Below are positions 36,059 to 45,577 of a DNA stretch of 64,000 bases, one piece after another. A model generated the notes under the pieces. It worked only from the letters and a program-made list of their open reading frames with translations, made no database searches and was not told where the DNA came from. Numbering within the stretch: the first letter of the stretch is position 1; each line of letters starts with the position of its first letter. Source of the stretch: Vicinamibacteria bacterium. GTDB lineage: Bacteria > Acidobacteriota > Vicinamibacteria > Marinacidobacterales > Marinacidobacteraceae. A program made the translations under genes and the position numbers. The DNA lies in contig OY821641.1 of assembly GCA_963555995.3 (NCBI GenBank), positions 960,001 to 1,024,000 on the forward strand. The letters run 5' to 3'.

Positions 36059-37882
36059 ATGAGTCGGTTCCCGTGCCTGCTCGCCGCCGTCCTCGCCCTC
36101 GTCGGCGTGCCTGGCGCCGCCCAAGAGCCGCGTATCGTCATAGGTCCCGACTACCTCGTCAGCCGGGACGGTGACCGGCCCCACGTGGAGATCATGGCGG
36201 CGGCCAACCCGCGCGATCCGCGGAACCTGCTGGCCGGGGCCATCACCTTCACCCGTCCCGACGGCGGGGCCGCGACCAAGGCGTACGTGAGCTTCGACGG
36301 CGGGACCCAGTGGGAAGACATCACCTTCCCGGAGCAGAAGGAGTCCGGTGGGGGCGACCCACAGGTCGCCTTCACCGCGGTGGGCACCGCGATCTTCGCC
36401 ACCCTCGCCACCCGGGCGGACGAGACCGGGCGGACGCGGGCGTTCCTGCACGCCTACCGCTCCGAGGACGGGGGACGGACCTGGTCGGCGCCCCACGACC
36501 TCGGAGCCTCGTACGACCACCCCATGCTGGCGGCCGACCAGACGGCGGGACCCTTTGCGGGACGTCTCTACATGAGCGTCCTCTACGGGCGTGAGTACAA
36601 CCTCGGCGTCTTCCGCTCGGAAGACGACGGCAGAAGCTGGATCGGCCCGGTGAAGTTCCTGGACGACGGCGGGGAGCGGGGGCTGAACGTGGACCCGCTG
36701 CTGGTGCTTCACGACGGGACGATCATGGTCCCGTTCGTGGACTTCCCGTCCAACCCCGAGCAGACCGCCGGTTGGACCGAATCGCGCATCTGGACGGTGG
36801 TCTCGTCCGACGGCGGGGTGACCTTCTCCGAGCCGAAGCCGGGCCCGGTGAAGATGACGGGCGACGAGGTGCGCGAGGCGAGGGAGGGGACCGAGCGCTT
36901 CCGGGGCGGTTCCTGGACCATGCTCGCGGCGGACCGCAGCGAGCGCTTTCGGGACCGCGCCTATGCGGTGTGGTCCGGCTACTCGGCGGGGCTGCCGCGC
37001 ATCGTGATCTCGTGGACCGACGACCGCGGCTCCTCGTGGAGCGATCCGCGGCCCGTCGCGGCACCGGGTCCGGACACCCAGCAGTTCCAGCCCGCGGTCG
37101 CCGTCAACCGGGACGGCGTGCTGGGGGTGAGCTGGTACGACACCCGGCAGGCGCCGTCGCGGTTCGCTTTCCACCAGTACTTCGCGGCCTCCTTCGACGG
37201 CGGGGAGACGTTCACCGCGCCGCACCGGGTTTCGGGAGCGCTCTCCGAGCCCCTGGGGTCCGGGAATCTGGTGCCCGCGCCGATCACCTTCAGCGGACCG
37301 GAGGGAGAGCTGCGGGTCGCCCTGATCTCGGCGGCGTCGCGCTGGGTGACCGGCGGCGACTACATGGGCCTCACCACCTCGGCAGACGGACACTTCCATC
37401 CGGTCTGGGCCGATGCGCGGTCGGGGACGTATCAGGTGTACACCGCGGCGGTGCGGATCGAGTACGGGCCACCCGCGCCGCCGCCGGTGCTCGGGGAGCC
37501 GGTGGACGTCACCGGGCGGATCGAACTGGTGAACGATCCCGGCAGCTACGACGCCGAGACGGGGGTGGCCGAAATGTGGATCCGGTTACGGAACGCGTCG
37601 GGCGCTCCCGTTGCGGGGCCGATCGAGGTGGAGATCCGCAAGTTCGGGAGTGGCATGGGGGACACGTTTTCGGAGTTGGCCCCGGAGGTGCTGAACGCGG
37701 ACAACGGGGTGCGCGGGAGCGGCGCGGTTTTCCGCTACGACGAGGTACTCGGGAGCGACGGCGTGCTGCCTCCCGGTGGCGTGAGCGGGGCGATTCGCTG
37801 GCGTCTCAAGCTGGTGGAGCCGATCCGGATTCCCGATCTGCATCTCTACATCACGGCGCGGGAGGTCATGGGGTCGCCGTAG
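36059..37882 (+). CDS. Secreted sialidase-like BNR beta-propeller protein
   Basis: Signal peptide, six SxDxGxT/S(W/F) Asp-boxes, GDYMGL, WAD.R. Confidence 0.85.
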   Translation: MSRFPCLLAAVLALVGVPGAAQEPRIVIGPDYLVSRDGDRPHVEIMAAANPRDPRNLLAGAITFTRPDGGAATKAYVSFDGGTQWEDITFPEQKESGGGDPQVAFTAVGTAIFATLATRADETGRTRAFLHAYRSEDGGRTWSAPHDLGASYDHPMLAADQTAGPFAGRLYMSVLYGREYNLGVFRSEDDGRSWIGPVKFLDDGGERGLNVDPLLVLHDGTIMVPFVDFPSNPEQTAGWTESRIWTVVSSDGGVTFSEPKPGPVKMTGDEVREAREGTERFRGGSWTMLAADRSERFRDRAYAVWSGYSAGLPRIVISWTDDRGSSWSDPRPVAAPGPDTQQFQPAVAVNRDGVLGVSWYDTRQAPSRFAFHQYFAASFDGGETFTAPHRVSGALSEPLGSGNLVPAPITFSGPEGELRVALISAASRWVTGGDYMGLTTSADGHFHPVWADARSGTYQVYTAAVRIEYGPPAPPPVLGEPVDVTGRIELVNDPGSYDAETGVAEMWIRLRNASGAPVAGPIEVEIRKFGSGMGDTFSELAPEVLNADNGVRGSGAVFRYDEVLGSDGVLPPGGVSGAIRWRLKLVEPIRIPDLHLYITAREVMGSP

Positions 37883-37939
37883 GGCTCGGTTTCCGAGCTT
37901 CGCCTGCCGCTCGGCAGGCGGTAGGTCATGAAACGGCTG

Positions 37940-38260
37940 GGAGCGCCGGCTTCAGCCGGCACCGCGGGCCGAAGGCCCGCGGATGTCCTGCCGCCGTTCG
38001 GGGTGATGGACCGAGAGCCGAACGCCATTGCGCGGCGCGCTTCGTCCAGTCCGCTGCGCTCCGCGCAGCGGGTGCCGGCTGAAGCCGGCGCTCCAGGCCG
38101 GCGCGCCACGCGGGGGGAGTGGAGCTACGTGACTTCGCCCGCCGTTGGCGGGCGGTGCCGGCTGAAGCCGGCGCTCCAAGCTGGCGCGCCACGCGGGGGA
38201 GTGGCGATACGCGATCCGCCCGCCTTCGGCGGGCTGTGCCGGTCTGAAGACCGGCGCTCC
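37940..38260. repeat. Cluster of four REP-like units (one +, three -) between convergent genes
   Basis: GGAGCGCCGGCTTCAGCCGGCA at 37940 (+); reverse copies 38073-38094, 38156-38177, 38237-38260 with 83-bp period. Confidence 0.9.
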
Positions 38261-38266
38261 CGGCTG

Positions 38267-39520
38267 TTACGCGACGATGAGGGGACGGAGGGCCTTGAGG
38301 CCGGCGAGGGCGCGCTCGACGTGTTCGGCGGTGTTGTAGAGGTGGGGGGAGAGGCGGAAACCGCCGGAGGTGGAGCCGGCGATGCCGTGCTCGTCGTACA
38401 TCCGGGAGAAGACCTCGCGGCGGGATTCGGGGGGGACCTCGACGATGACCACGCCGGCGGAGAGGGCGTCTTCCATGGGTGTGACGAGCGGGATTCCGTG
38501 CTCCTGGAGGCCCTGCTTGAGGCGGCGGGCGAGGTCCATCATCCGTTCTTCCACCCGGTCGGGGCCGATCTCGCCGTGGAACTCGGCGGTGGTGCCCATG
38601 GCGGCGAGGCAGGCGTCGTCGCGCTGGCCCATGGACTCGAACTTCCGGGCGCCGCTCGGGTCGGGGTCGGCGTCGCCGCCCCAGCCGGGGGCGACTTCCG
38701 AGGGCCAGAGCCCGGGGATGCTCTCGCTGCGCACCACGAGGACTCCGCATTCCTTGGGGCCGCAGAACCACTTGTGGGAGCTGCTGGTGAAGGTGTCGGC
38801 GCCGATCGCCGGGACGTCCACCGCGAGGCCGCCGAAGCTCTGCGCGCCGTCCACGTGGACATGGATGCCCCGCTCGTGGGCGGCGTCGGCGATCCGGCGC
38901 ACCGGAAGGTGGATTCCGGAGACGTTCGAGACGTGGGTGATCGCCACCACCCTGGTGTTCGCGCCGAGGGCCTCGACGAAGGGGGCGGCCAGGTCTTCCG
39001 CTCCCGCCGGCGCCTGCGGAACGGACACCCGGCGGACCGTGAAACCGTAGCGGGCGGCGCGGACGTCCCAGGCCACGTTGTTCGTCGGATGGTTCTGGTC
39101 CCAGAGCAGGACCTCGTCGCCCTCTCCGAGCACCAGGCCGGCGTTCACGATGTTGTTCGCCTCGCTGGTGTTGCGGACCAGCGCCAGCTCGTCGGCCGTC
39201 ACCCCGAGCTGCGCCGCGACCTTCTCCCGCGCCGACTCCCGCAGGTCCGAGAACTTCCCCCGGTTCTGGAAGGAGCAGTCGTGATCAATGTCGCGGGTCA
39301 ACTCGCTCACCCGGTCGGCCACCGACCGCGGGGAGGGACAGAGGTTCGCCGCGTTCATCGGCACCCTGTCCTCTTCGAAGGGGAACTCCCACCGCACCAT
39401 CCGGAACAGCGCCTCGTCGTCGGCGGCAGCGGCCCGGAGGGCCGGGAAGGCGGCCGGAACGGCGGCCGTGGTGCGCAGGAATGCGCGCCGGGATACGGCA
39501 TTCGAGAAGGACTTCGTCAT
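38267..39520 (-). CDS. Tat-exported class V PLP-dependent aminotransferase-fold enzyme
   Basis: SRRAFL Tat motif, RNTSEAN, THVSNVSG, HVDGAQ, SSHKW, RLSPHLYN. Confidence 0.9.
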   Translation of the reverse strand: MTKSFSNAVSRRAFLRTTAAVPAAFPALRAAAADDEALFRMVRWEFPFEEDRVPMNAANLCPSPRSVADRVSELTRDIDHDCSFQNRGKFSDLRESAREKVAAQLGVTADELALVRNTSEANNIVNAGLVLGEGDEVLLWDQNHPTNNVAWDVRAARYGFTVRRVSVPQAPAGAEDLAAPFVEALGANTRVVAITHVSNVSGIHLPVRRIADAAHERGIHVHVDGAQSFGGLAVDVPAIGADTFTSSSHKWFCGPKECGVLVVRSESIPGLWPSEVAPGWGGDADPDPSGARKFESMGQRDDACLAAMGTTAEFHGEIGPDRVEERMMDLARRLKQGLQEHGIPLVTPMEDALSAGVVIVEVPPESRREVFSRMYDEHGIAGSTSGGFRLSPHLYNTAEHVERALAGLKALRPLIVA

Positions 39521-39545
39521 GGCGGGCGCCTCCGAGCCCACAACT

Positions 39546-40733
39546 CTACCGGGTTCGCGGGGGCGAGGCGGAGACGAGGTCTCCGGGCTGCCGGGCGCTG
39601 CCGTGGGTGATGACCGAGCGGAACAGGACCGGGCAGATGAGCGAGGTGACCGCGGCGATCATCACCGCGATCGCCCGGTCGGTCTGGTCGAGGAGCCCGA
39701 GTTCGAGGCCGACGGTGGCGACGGCGATCACGAGGCTCAGCCGGGCCGAGAGCAGGAATCCGGTGGCGGTGGCGGCCCTGAGCGAGAAACCCCAGAACAC
39801 GAAGAGCAGGGACGGCAGGAACTTGACGAGGAACGCCACGCCGATGATGACCCCGGCGCGCGCGAGCGCGTCGGGGTTCAGGAGCGCCCCCACCTCGAAA
39901 CGGAGGCCGACGTTGATGAAGAAGATGGGGATCAGGAAGCCCCAGGAGATCCCGGAGAGCTGGTGGCGGAGCCCTTCCGGCGGCTGGAAGAGCAGCGCGA
40001 AGACCCCTCCCGCCAGGAAGGCCGCCAGGATCGGCTCCACGTCCAGGACGGTGGACAGGCCCACGAAGATGAGCAGCAGGGCGAGCGCGCCGCGAATCCC
40101 CATCTCGTCGGGATCGTCCTTGCGGAACAGCCGGGACACGCGGAGTGGATGCCACCAGAGCACCAGCTTCATGACCCGGAGCACGACCACCACCGCGACC
40201 AGCAGCAGCGGCCCGTTGATCAGCTCGATCCCCCAGCCGTCCCTCGCCCAGATGGTGATCTCGGCGACCAGCAGCAGGGTCACCAGGTCGGCGATCACCG
40301 CGGAGACCAGGATCGCCTGTCCGAGGCTCTCGGTGGTGATTCCGGCGCTCCTCAGGCTCGGCAGCACGAGGGCCGCCGAGGTGGTCGCGAGCAGCGGGGC
40401 GTAGAAGACCGGCAGGTCGAGCCACACCGTGGCCAGGAAGGAGAGCGCCAGGGTGCCGGCGAAGACCACGAGCGCCTGCCCGATGGGTCCCGCGCCGCCC
40501 CGCCGCAGCGCCCGGAAATCAACCTCGAAACCGGCGAGGAACATCAGCATCAGGAGCCCGAGCGTCCCGATCTGGTCCAGCAGTTCGGTGCCCTGCACCA
40601 GCCCGAGGACCGGGCCGACGAGGACCCCGAAGAGGATCTCGACGACCACCGCGGGCGCCCGCAGCCAGGAGGCCACCGGCGGCAGCAGGAAGGCGGCGAT
40701 CCCCACGATCACCAGCGCGCCGGAGCCGTCCAT
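39546..40733 (-). CDS. Cation:proton antiporter (CPA2 family)
   Basis: PAVVVEILFGVLVGP, LMFLAGFEVD, ILAAFLAG, FLIPIFFINVG. Confidence 0.9.
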   Translation of the reverse strand: MDGSGALVIVGIAAFLLPPVASWLRAPAVVVEILFGVLVGPVLGLVQGTELLDQIGTLGLLMLMFLAGFEVDFRALRRGGAGPIGQALVVFAGTLALSFLATVWLDLPVFYAPLLATTSAALVLPSLRSAGITTESLGQAILVSAVIADLVTLLLVAEITIWARDGWGIELINGPLLLVAVVVVLRVMKLVLWWHPLRVSRLFRKDDPDEMGIRGALALLLIFVGLSTVLDVEPILAAFLAGGVFALLFQPPEGLRHQLSGISWGFLIPIFFINVGLRFEVGALLNPDALARAGVIIGVAFLVKFLPSLLFVFWGFSLRAATATGFLLSARLSLVIAVATVGLELGLLDQTDRAIAVMIAAVTSLICPVLFRSVITHGSARQPGDLVSASPPRTR

Positions 40734-42031
40734 CAGTGGGTACCGAGCGCCGCGGCCGCCGCCAGCGCCAGCGCCCCGGTGGCGCGCACCAGCTCCTCGA
40801 CCGGGCAGTGCTCGTCCGGCCGGTGCGCCAGTTCGAGAATCCCCGGCCCGTAGGCGACGCAGTCGGGCACCCCGGCGATCCGGGCGACGTGCTTGTGGTC
40901 GTAGGTCCCGGGGCTCGCCACCTCCTCGACCTCGACGCCGAGCGCGCCCCGCACCCCGTAGCGCACCGCCTCGGTGGCGAGGGACCCGGCCGGTGTCCGC
41001 ACCGGTTCGACCGTGAGCAGCTCCTCGATCCGGTAGCGGCGGCCGGCCTCCCGGTCCGCGCAGGTGGCCACGCGGCGGGCCACCTCTTCCCGCACCGCTT
41101 CGAGTCCTTCCTCGGGCAGGAACCGGCGGTCCACCACCAGTTCGGCCCGGTCGGGAACCTGGGGGCTTTCGGTTCCGGCCCCGGCCTGTCCGCCCCGGAT
41201 GCTGTTCACGTTGACCGTGGCCACGCGCGCCCCTTCGGGGACCACGGGAAGGGCGGTGCGCCGGGCGGCCAGCTCCGGGACCCATTCGTTCCGGATCTCC
41301 TCGAGCAGCGGCGCGAGGTCGGTGATCGCGTTCCGGCCCAGGAACGGCATGCTGCCGTGGGCGACCTCGCCTTCGGCGACGACCCGGAACCAGTACACCC
41401 CGCGGTGTCCCACGCACACCCGGCGCGAGCCGAAGGGCTCCGGAATGATCACCGCGTCGGTGTCGCGGGCGATCGCTCCGGACTCGGCCAGCCACGCGAC
41501 GCCCGCCTGTCCCCCGGTCTCCTCGTCGGCGGTCCCCGAGATCTCCAGGGTGCCGCCGAGCCGGGCGCCCGCCCGCTGGAGGACGATCGCGGCGAAGAAC
41601 GCCGCCGCGATGCCTCCCTTCATGTCGCTTGCCCCGCGGCCCCAGACGGCGCCGTCGCGCACTTCACCCGAGAACGGGTCGGTGGTCCAGCCGGAGCCCG
41701 CGGGGACCACGTCGAGGTGTCCGTTCAGGTGGAGCCGCGGGCCGCCCTCCCCCAGCGGACTCTCGAGCCGGCCGATGACGTTCTGCCGGGGATACGCGGC
41801 GGAACCGGGCGGGCAGGCCGACGCGGGGGGATCGTCGAAAGTCACCTCGAAACCGGCGGCGGCGAGCCGGTCCCCGAGGAGGGCGGCGCATTCGCGGTAG
41901 TTCTCGCCCGGGGGATTCACGGTCGGGATCCGGATCAGGTCGCCGCAGAAGGCGGCGATCTCCGCCCGGGCCGCTTCGGCCTGGCGAAGGATCCGCGCTT
42001 CGAGGCCGTTGGCGACCGGATGGAGTGGCAT
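40733..42031 (-). CDS. M20 ArgE/DapE-family metallo-amidohydrolase
   Basis: LIRIPTVNPPG, NGHLDVVP, GRGASDMKGG, DEETGG, YGPG..LAH.PDE. Confidence 0.92.
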   Translation of the reverse strand: MPLHPVANGLEARILRQAEAARAEIAAFCGDLIRIPTVNPPGENYRECAALLGDRLAAAGFEVTFDDPPASACPPGSAAYPRQNVIGRLESPLGEGGPRLHLNGHLDVVPAGSGWTTDPFSGEVRDGAVWGRGASDMKGGIAAAFFAAIVLQRAGARLGGTLEISGTADEETGGQAGVAWLAESGAIARDTDAVIIPEPFGSRRVCVGHRGVYWFRVVAEGEVAHGSMPFLGRNAITDLAPLLEEIRNEWVPELAARRTALPVVPEGARVATVNVNSIRGGQAGAGTESPQVPDRAELVVDRRFLPEEGLEAVREEVARRVATCADREAGRRYRIEELLTVEPVRTPAGSLATEAVRYGVRGALGVEVEEVASPGTYDHKHVARIAGVPDCVAYGPGILELAHRPDEHCPVEELVRATGALALAAAAALGTH

Positions 42032-42077
42032 CGAGCCCGAGGATACCGCCCGGGGAACGGCTGACCGTTGTCCTGAC

Positions 42078-42113
42078 TTGACGGACTCCTATTATTTCGA
42101 TAATATTGGAAAT
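42078..42113 (+). promoter_or_regulatory. Sigma70-type promoter with overlapping ArsR operator (copy 1)
   Basis: TTGACG-17 nt-TAATAT, 7 nt before ATG; inverted repeat ATTTCGATA/TATTGGAAAT. Confidence 0.7.
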
Positions 42114-42509
42114 ATGGAAACGATAGCGATGTACCCCATCGTCAGCGCGCCGGGACCGCCGTGCGCACTGACCCGGGAGAGCCGCTTTGACATCTTCCGC
42201 CGCCTGGTCCGCAGCCGCCCGGACGGACTCGCGGCGGGGAATACCGCCCGGCACTGCAAGTTGTCGGCGCCGACCTGCTCGCTCCACCTCAAGGAGCTCG
42301 ACGGGGGTGGGCTGCTGAACTGCTGCCGCCACGACAGGTCTCAGATCTATCCGGTGAACTTCCGGGCGGTCCGGGCCCTGCTCGGTGATCTGACGGAGCA
42401 CTGCTGCTCCGAAGACGCGTGCGACGACGAGGGGCCGCAGGTTCCGCCCGGACAGGTGCGCGGTGTGCGTCCGGAGGCGTCCCGACCGGCCCCGGCGAAC
42501 CGGGGTTGA
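42114..42509 (+). CDS. ArsR/SmtB-family regulator, divergent (possibly decaying) duplicate
   Basis: ESRFDIFRRLV..PDGLAAG..TCSLHLKEL..EHCCSEDAC; helix 1 is proline-rich. Confidence 0.75.
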   Translation: METIAMYPIVSAPGPPCALTRESRFDIFRRLVRSRPDGLAAGNTARHCKLSAPTCSLHLKELDGGGLLNCCRHDRSQIYPVNFRAVRALLGDLTEHCCSEDACDDEGPQVPPGQVRGVRPEASRPAPANRG

Positions 42510-42541
42510 CTTCCGGTATTCATTTCAATACTATTGGAAAT
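42506..42541 (+). promoter_or_regulatory. Sigma70-type promoter with overlapping ArsR operator (copy 2)
   Basis: TTGACT-17 nt-TACTAT, 7 nt before ATG; inverted repeat ATTTCAATA/TATTGGAAAT. Confidence 0.72.
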
Positions 42542-42898
42542 ATGGAAACGACGGCAGCCTATTCCACGGGCGAGGCGCTGGAGATGCTCGGCGCCCTCTC
42601 CCAGGAGAGCCGCCTCGACATCTTCCGCCTGCTGGTCCAGAGCGGGCCGGACGGACTCGCCGCCGGCGCCATCGCCAGGCACTGTCAACTGCCGGCGCCG
42701 ACCTGCTCGTTCCATCTGAAGGAACTCAAGAAGGGCGGGCTCCTCAAATGCTGCCGCCGCGGCCGATCCCAGATCTACAGCGTGAACCTGCGGGGGATCC
42801 GGGATCTGCTCGACTATCTGACGGAGCATTGCTGCACCGAGGACTGCGACCACGAGGCGCCGAACCGCGCCGACGGCCGGCAGCCGGAGGCGGCGTGA
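42542..42898 (+). CDS. arsR: ArsR-family regulator with C-terminal CC motif
   Basis: ALSQESRLDIFRLLVQSGPDGLAAGAIA..TCSFHLKEL..GRSQIYS..LLDYLTEHCC. Confidence 0.88.
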   Translation: METTAAYSTGEALEMLGALSQESRLDIFRLLVQSGPDGLAAGAIARHCQLPAPTCSFHLKELKKGGLLKCCRRGRSQIYSVNLRGIRDLLDYLTEHCCTEDCDHEAPNRADGRQPEAA

Positions 42899-43187
42899 AC
42901 ACTTTGCGACGGGCTCTGCTTGGGGTGGACAAATAACGAAGGTCCGGGGGCGGGTTGGCCGCTCCCGGTGGTGAGGCAGGGAGTTCCCATCACGAGAACG
43001 AAGCCGGAGTCCATGGAGGTGCGCCCCGGCTCGCGCGGCCGCGCCGCTTAGAATCAAGGCCGTTCTGTTCCTCCGGCGAGCCTCGGCATCCCTGCTGCTC
43101 CTCGCTCTGGGGACCGGCCCGCTTCGTGGACACGCCGGGGAGGCCAGGCAGCGGCAAGCCGTCCCTCCTGGCGCCGATCCCGGCCTC

Positions 43188-44189
43188 GTGGCGGTTTCCG
43201 GCATCGAGGTGGGCCACCATGAACTGGACGGCCTCCCCACCGGCTGCACGGTCGTCCTGGCGCGGGAGGGGGCGGTTGCCGGGGTGGACGTCCGGGGTTC
43301 CGCTCCCGGGACCCGCGAGACCGATCTGCTCGATCCCGAGAACACCGTGGAGCGCGTGCAAGCGGTGGTGCTGTCGGGGGGCAGCGCCTTCGGGCTCGCC
43401 GCCGCCGACGGCGCGGTGCGCTTTCTGGAGGAGGCCGGGATCGGCTATCCGGTGGGCCCCTTCCGGGTGCCGATCGTCCCGGCGGCGATCCTCTTCGATC
43501 TCGGAGTCCAGGGGCCGGGGGCCGTCCGTCCGGGCGCCGACTGCGGCTACCGGGCCGCGGCCGCCGCAGGTCCGGACCCGGTGCGGCGCGGTAACGCGGG
43601 GGCCGGGGCGGGGGCCACCGTCGGCAAGAGCCGCGGTCCGGCCCGGGCGATGAAGGGCGGGATCGGCTCGGCCGCGCTGCGTTTTCCGGACGGCCTGGTG
43701 GTGGCGGCGCTCATCGCGGTGAACGCGGTGGGCGACGTGGTGGACCCCGCGGACGGAAGCGTGGTGGCCGGGGTTCGCGACGACGAGGGGAACCTCGCGG
43801 ACGCGCGCCGGCTGCTGCTCGAACCGCGCTCCGGCCCGCCCGCCGGTCCCGCGGCGGCGGGCGCGGGGCCTTCCTTCGGAGCCAACACCACCATCGGCGT
43901 GGTGGCGGTGAACGCCCCGCTCACCAAGGCGGAGGCGAATAAGGTGGCCGAGATGGCGCACGACGGCCTGGCGCGCACCATCTATCCCGTGCATACCCCC
44001 TCGGACGGGGACGCGCTGTTCGCGCTCTCCACGGGGCGCGGACCGGCGGCGCGGGTCGGCCGGGTCGGGGCGCTGGCCGCCGAGGCGGTGGCGCGGGCGG
44101 TCCTCGATGCGGTCCGCTCGGCGGAGTCGCTTCCCGGATACCCTGCGGTCGGGGACCTTCCGGCGCCGCCGGAGCCCCGGGACCGCTGA
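43188..44189 (+). CDS. P1/S58 (DmpA-like) peptidase; true start may lie upstream (about 43062-43065)
   Basis: GIEVGH, GVDVRGSAPGTRETDLL, LSGGSAFGL, N-TTIGVV autoprocessing site, HTPSDGD. Confidence 0.92.
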   Translation: MAVSGIEVGHHELDGLPTGCTVVLAREGAVAGVDVRGSAPGTRETDLLDPENTVERVQAVVLSGGSAFGLAAADGAVRFLEEAGIGYPVGPFRVPIVPAAILFDLGVQGPGAVRPGADCGYRAAAAAGPDPVRRGNAGAGAGATVGKSRGPARAMKGGIGSAALRFPDGLVVAALIAVNAVGDVVDPADGSVVAGVRDDEGNLADARRLLLEPRSGPPAGPAAAGAGPSFGANTTIGVVAVNAPLTKAEANKVAEMAHDGLARTIYPVHTPSDGDALFALSTGRGPAARVGRVGALAAEAVARAVLDAVRSAESLPGYPAVGDLPAPPEPRDR

Positions 44190-44200
44190 GTCGGGCGGCC

Positions 44201-45562
44201 GTGTCCCCGCATCTCGTCGTCCTCGCGGCGTACTCGGGCCTGCTGATCGCCGTCGGCTGGTACGTCTCCCGCAAGGCGCGCTCCGCCGAGGGGTTCTTCG
44301 TGGCGGGCCGCCGTCTGCCCGCGCGGCTGATCTTCGCTACGGTGCTGGCCGCGAACATCGGGGCCGGTTCCACGATCGGCGCGGCGGCGCTCGGCTACGA
44401 GCACGGGCTGGCCGCCTTCTGGTGGGTCGGGGCGGCGGGTCTCGGAACCCTGCTGCTCGCCGGCTGGCTGGGACCGCGGATGTGGCGGGTGGCGTCCGAA
44501 GCCCGCCTGCGGACGGTGGGCGATTTCCTCGAGCTGCGCTACGGCGCGGGGGTGCGGGTCGCCCTCACCGGCCTGCTGCTGGTGGCCACCCTCTTCGTCC
44601 TCGCCGCCCAGTTGCTCGCCGCGGGAGTGCTCATCGAGGGCGCGGCGGGGATTCCGCTGCCGCTCGCGATCCTCGCCGCGGCGGCGGTGATGACGGCCTA
44701 CTTCGCGGTCGGCGGTCTCCAGAGCGCGGCTTCGGTCAACTTCGTGCAACTCGGCGTGCTGCTCGCCGGCCTCGGCCTCGCGGTGCCCTACGCGCTGGCC
44801 GCCGCCGGAGGAGGCGGGGGAATCCGGGGGAGTCTCGGGGAGGGCGCGCTGGATGTCTTCGGCAGCGCCTCGCTCGCGTTCGGCTACACCGCGCTGCTGG
44901 TCCCGGCCTTCCTCGTCTCGCCCGGGATCCTGCAGAAGCTGTTCGGGGCCCGCGACGAGAGCGCCGTCCGGCGCGGCCTCACCGCCGCCGGCATCGTGCT
45001 GCTCGCCTTCGCGGCGGCGCCGCCGCTACTCGGGGCGGCGGCCGCGGTGCTCCATCCGGGACTCGCCCACCCCGACGCCGCCCTCCCCGCGCTGCTGATC
45101 GAATCGCTGCCCCTGTGGCTTGGGTGCTTCGCGGTCGCGGCGCTGTTCTCGGCCGAGGTGTCGAGCGCCGACGCGGTGCTGTTCATGCTCTCCACGTCGC
45201 TGTCACGGGATGTCTTCCATCGTTTCCTGCGGCCGGACGCGGATGACCGCACCGTCCTGCGGGTGGCGCGCGGCGCCGCGGTGGCTTCCGGGCTGGCGGG
45301 CGTGGTCATCGCGATCCTCGCCCAGGGCGTGATCGCTTCGCTGACCGTCTTCTATTCCGTGCTCGGGGTTTCGCTCTTCGTGCCGGTGGTCGTCGGCCTC
45401 CATCGCTGGCGGCCTCCGGCGCGCGCCATCCTGAGCGGCGCCGCCGTCGGGGTGCTGTTCTTCCTGCTCGCGCCCCCGGACGGTCTCCTGCCGCCGCCGC
45501 TGGTGGGTATCGCGGCGTCGGCCGTGGTGGTGTCCCTCCACCTGCGGACCGCCGGACGCTGA
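44201..45562 (+). CDS. Sodium:solute symporter family
   Basis: FFVAGR, ANIGAGSTIG, DFLELRYG, SAEVSSAD. Confidence 0.9.
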   Translation: MSPHLVVLAAYSGLLIAVGWYVSRKARSAEGFFVAGRRLPARLIFATVLAANIGAGSTIGAAALGYEHGLAAFWWVGAAGLGTLLLAGWLGPRMWRVASEARLRTVGDFLELRYGAGVRVALTGLLLVATLFVLAAQLLAAGVLIEGAAGIPLPLAILAAAAVMTAYFAVGGLQSAASVNFVQLGVLLAGLGLAVPYALAAAGGGGGIRGSLGEGALDVFGSASLAFGYTALLVPAFLVSPGILQKLFGARDESAVRRGLTAAGIVLLAFAAAPPLLGAAAAVLHPGLAHPDAALPALLIESLPLWLGCFAVAALFSAEVSSADAVLFMLSTSLSRDVFHRFLRPDADDRTVLRVARGAAVASGLAGVVIAILAQGVIASLTVFYSVLGVSLFVPVVVGLHRWRPPARAILSGAAVGVLFFLLAPPDGLLPPPLVGIAASAVVVSLHLRTAGR

Positions 45563-45577
45563 CCGGAGCCGCGGCCC

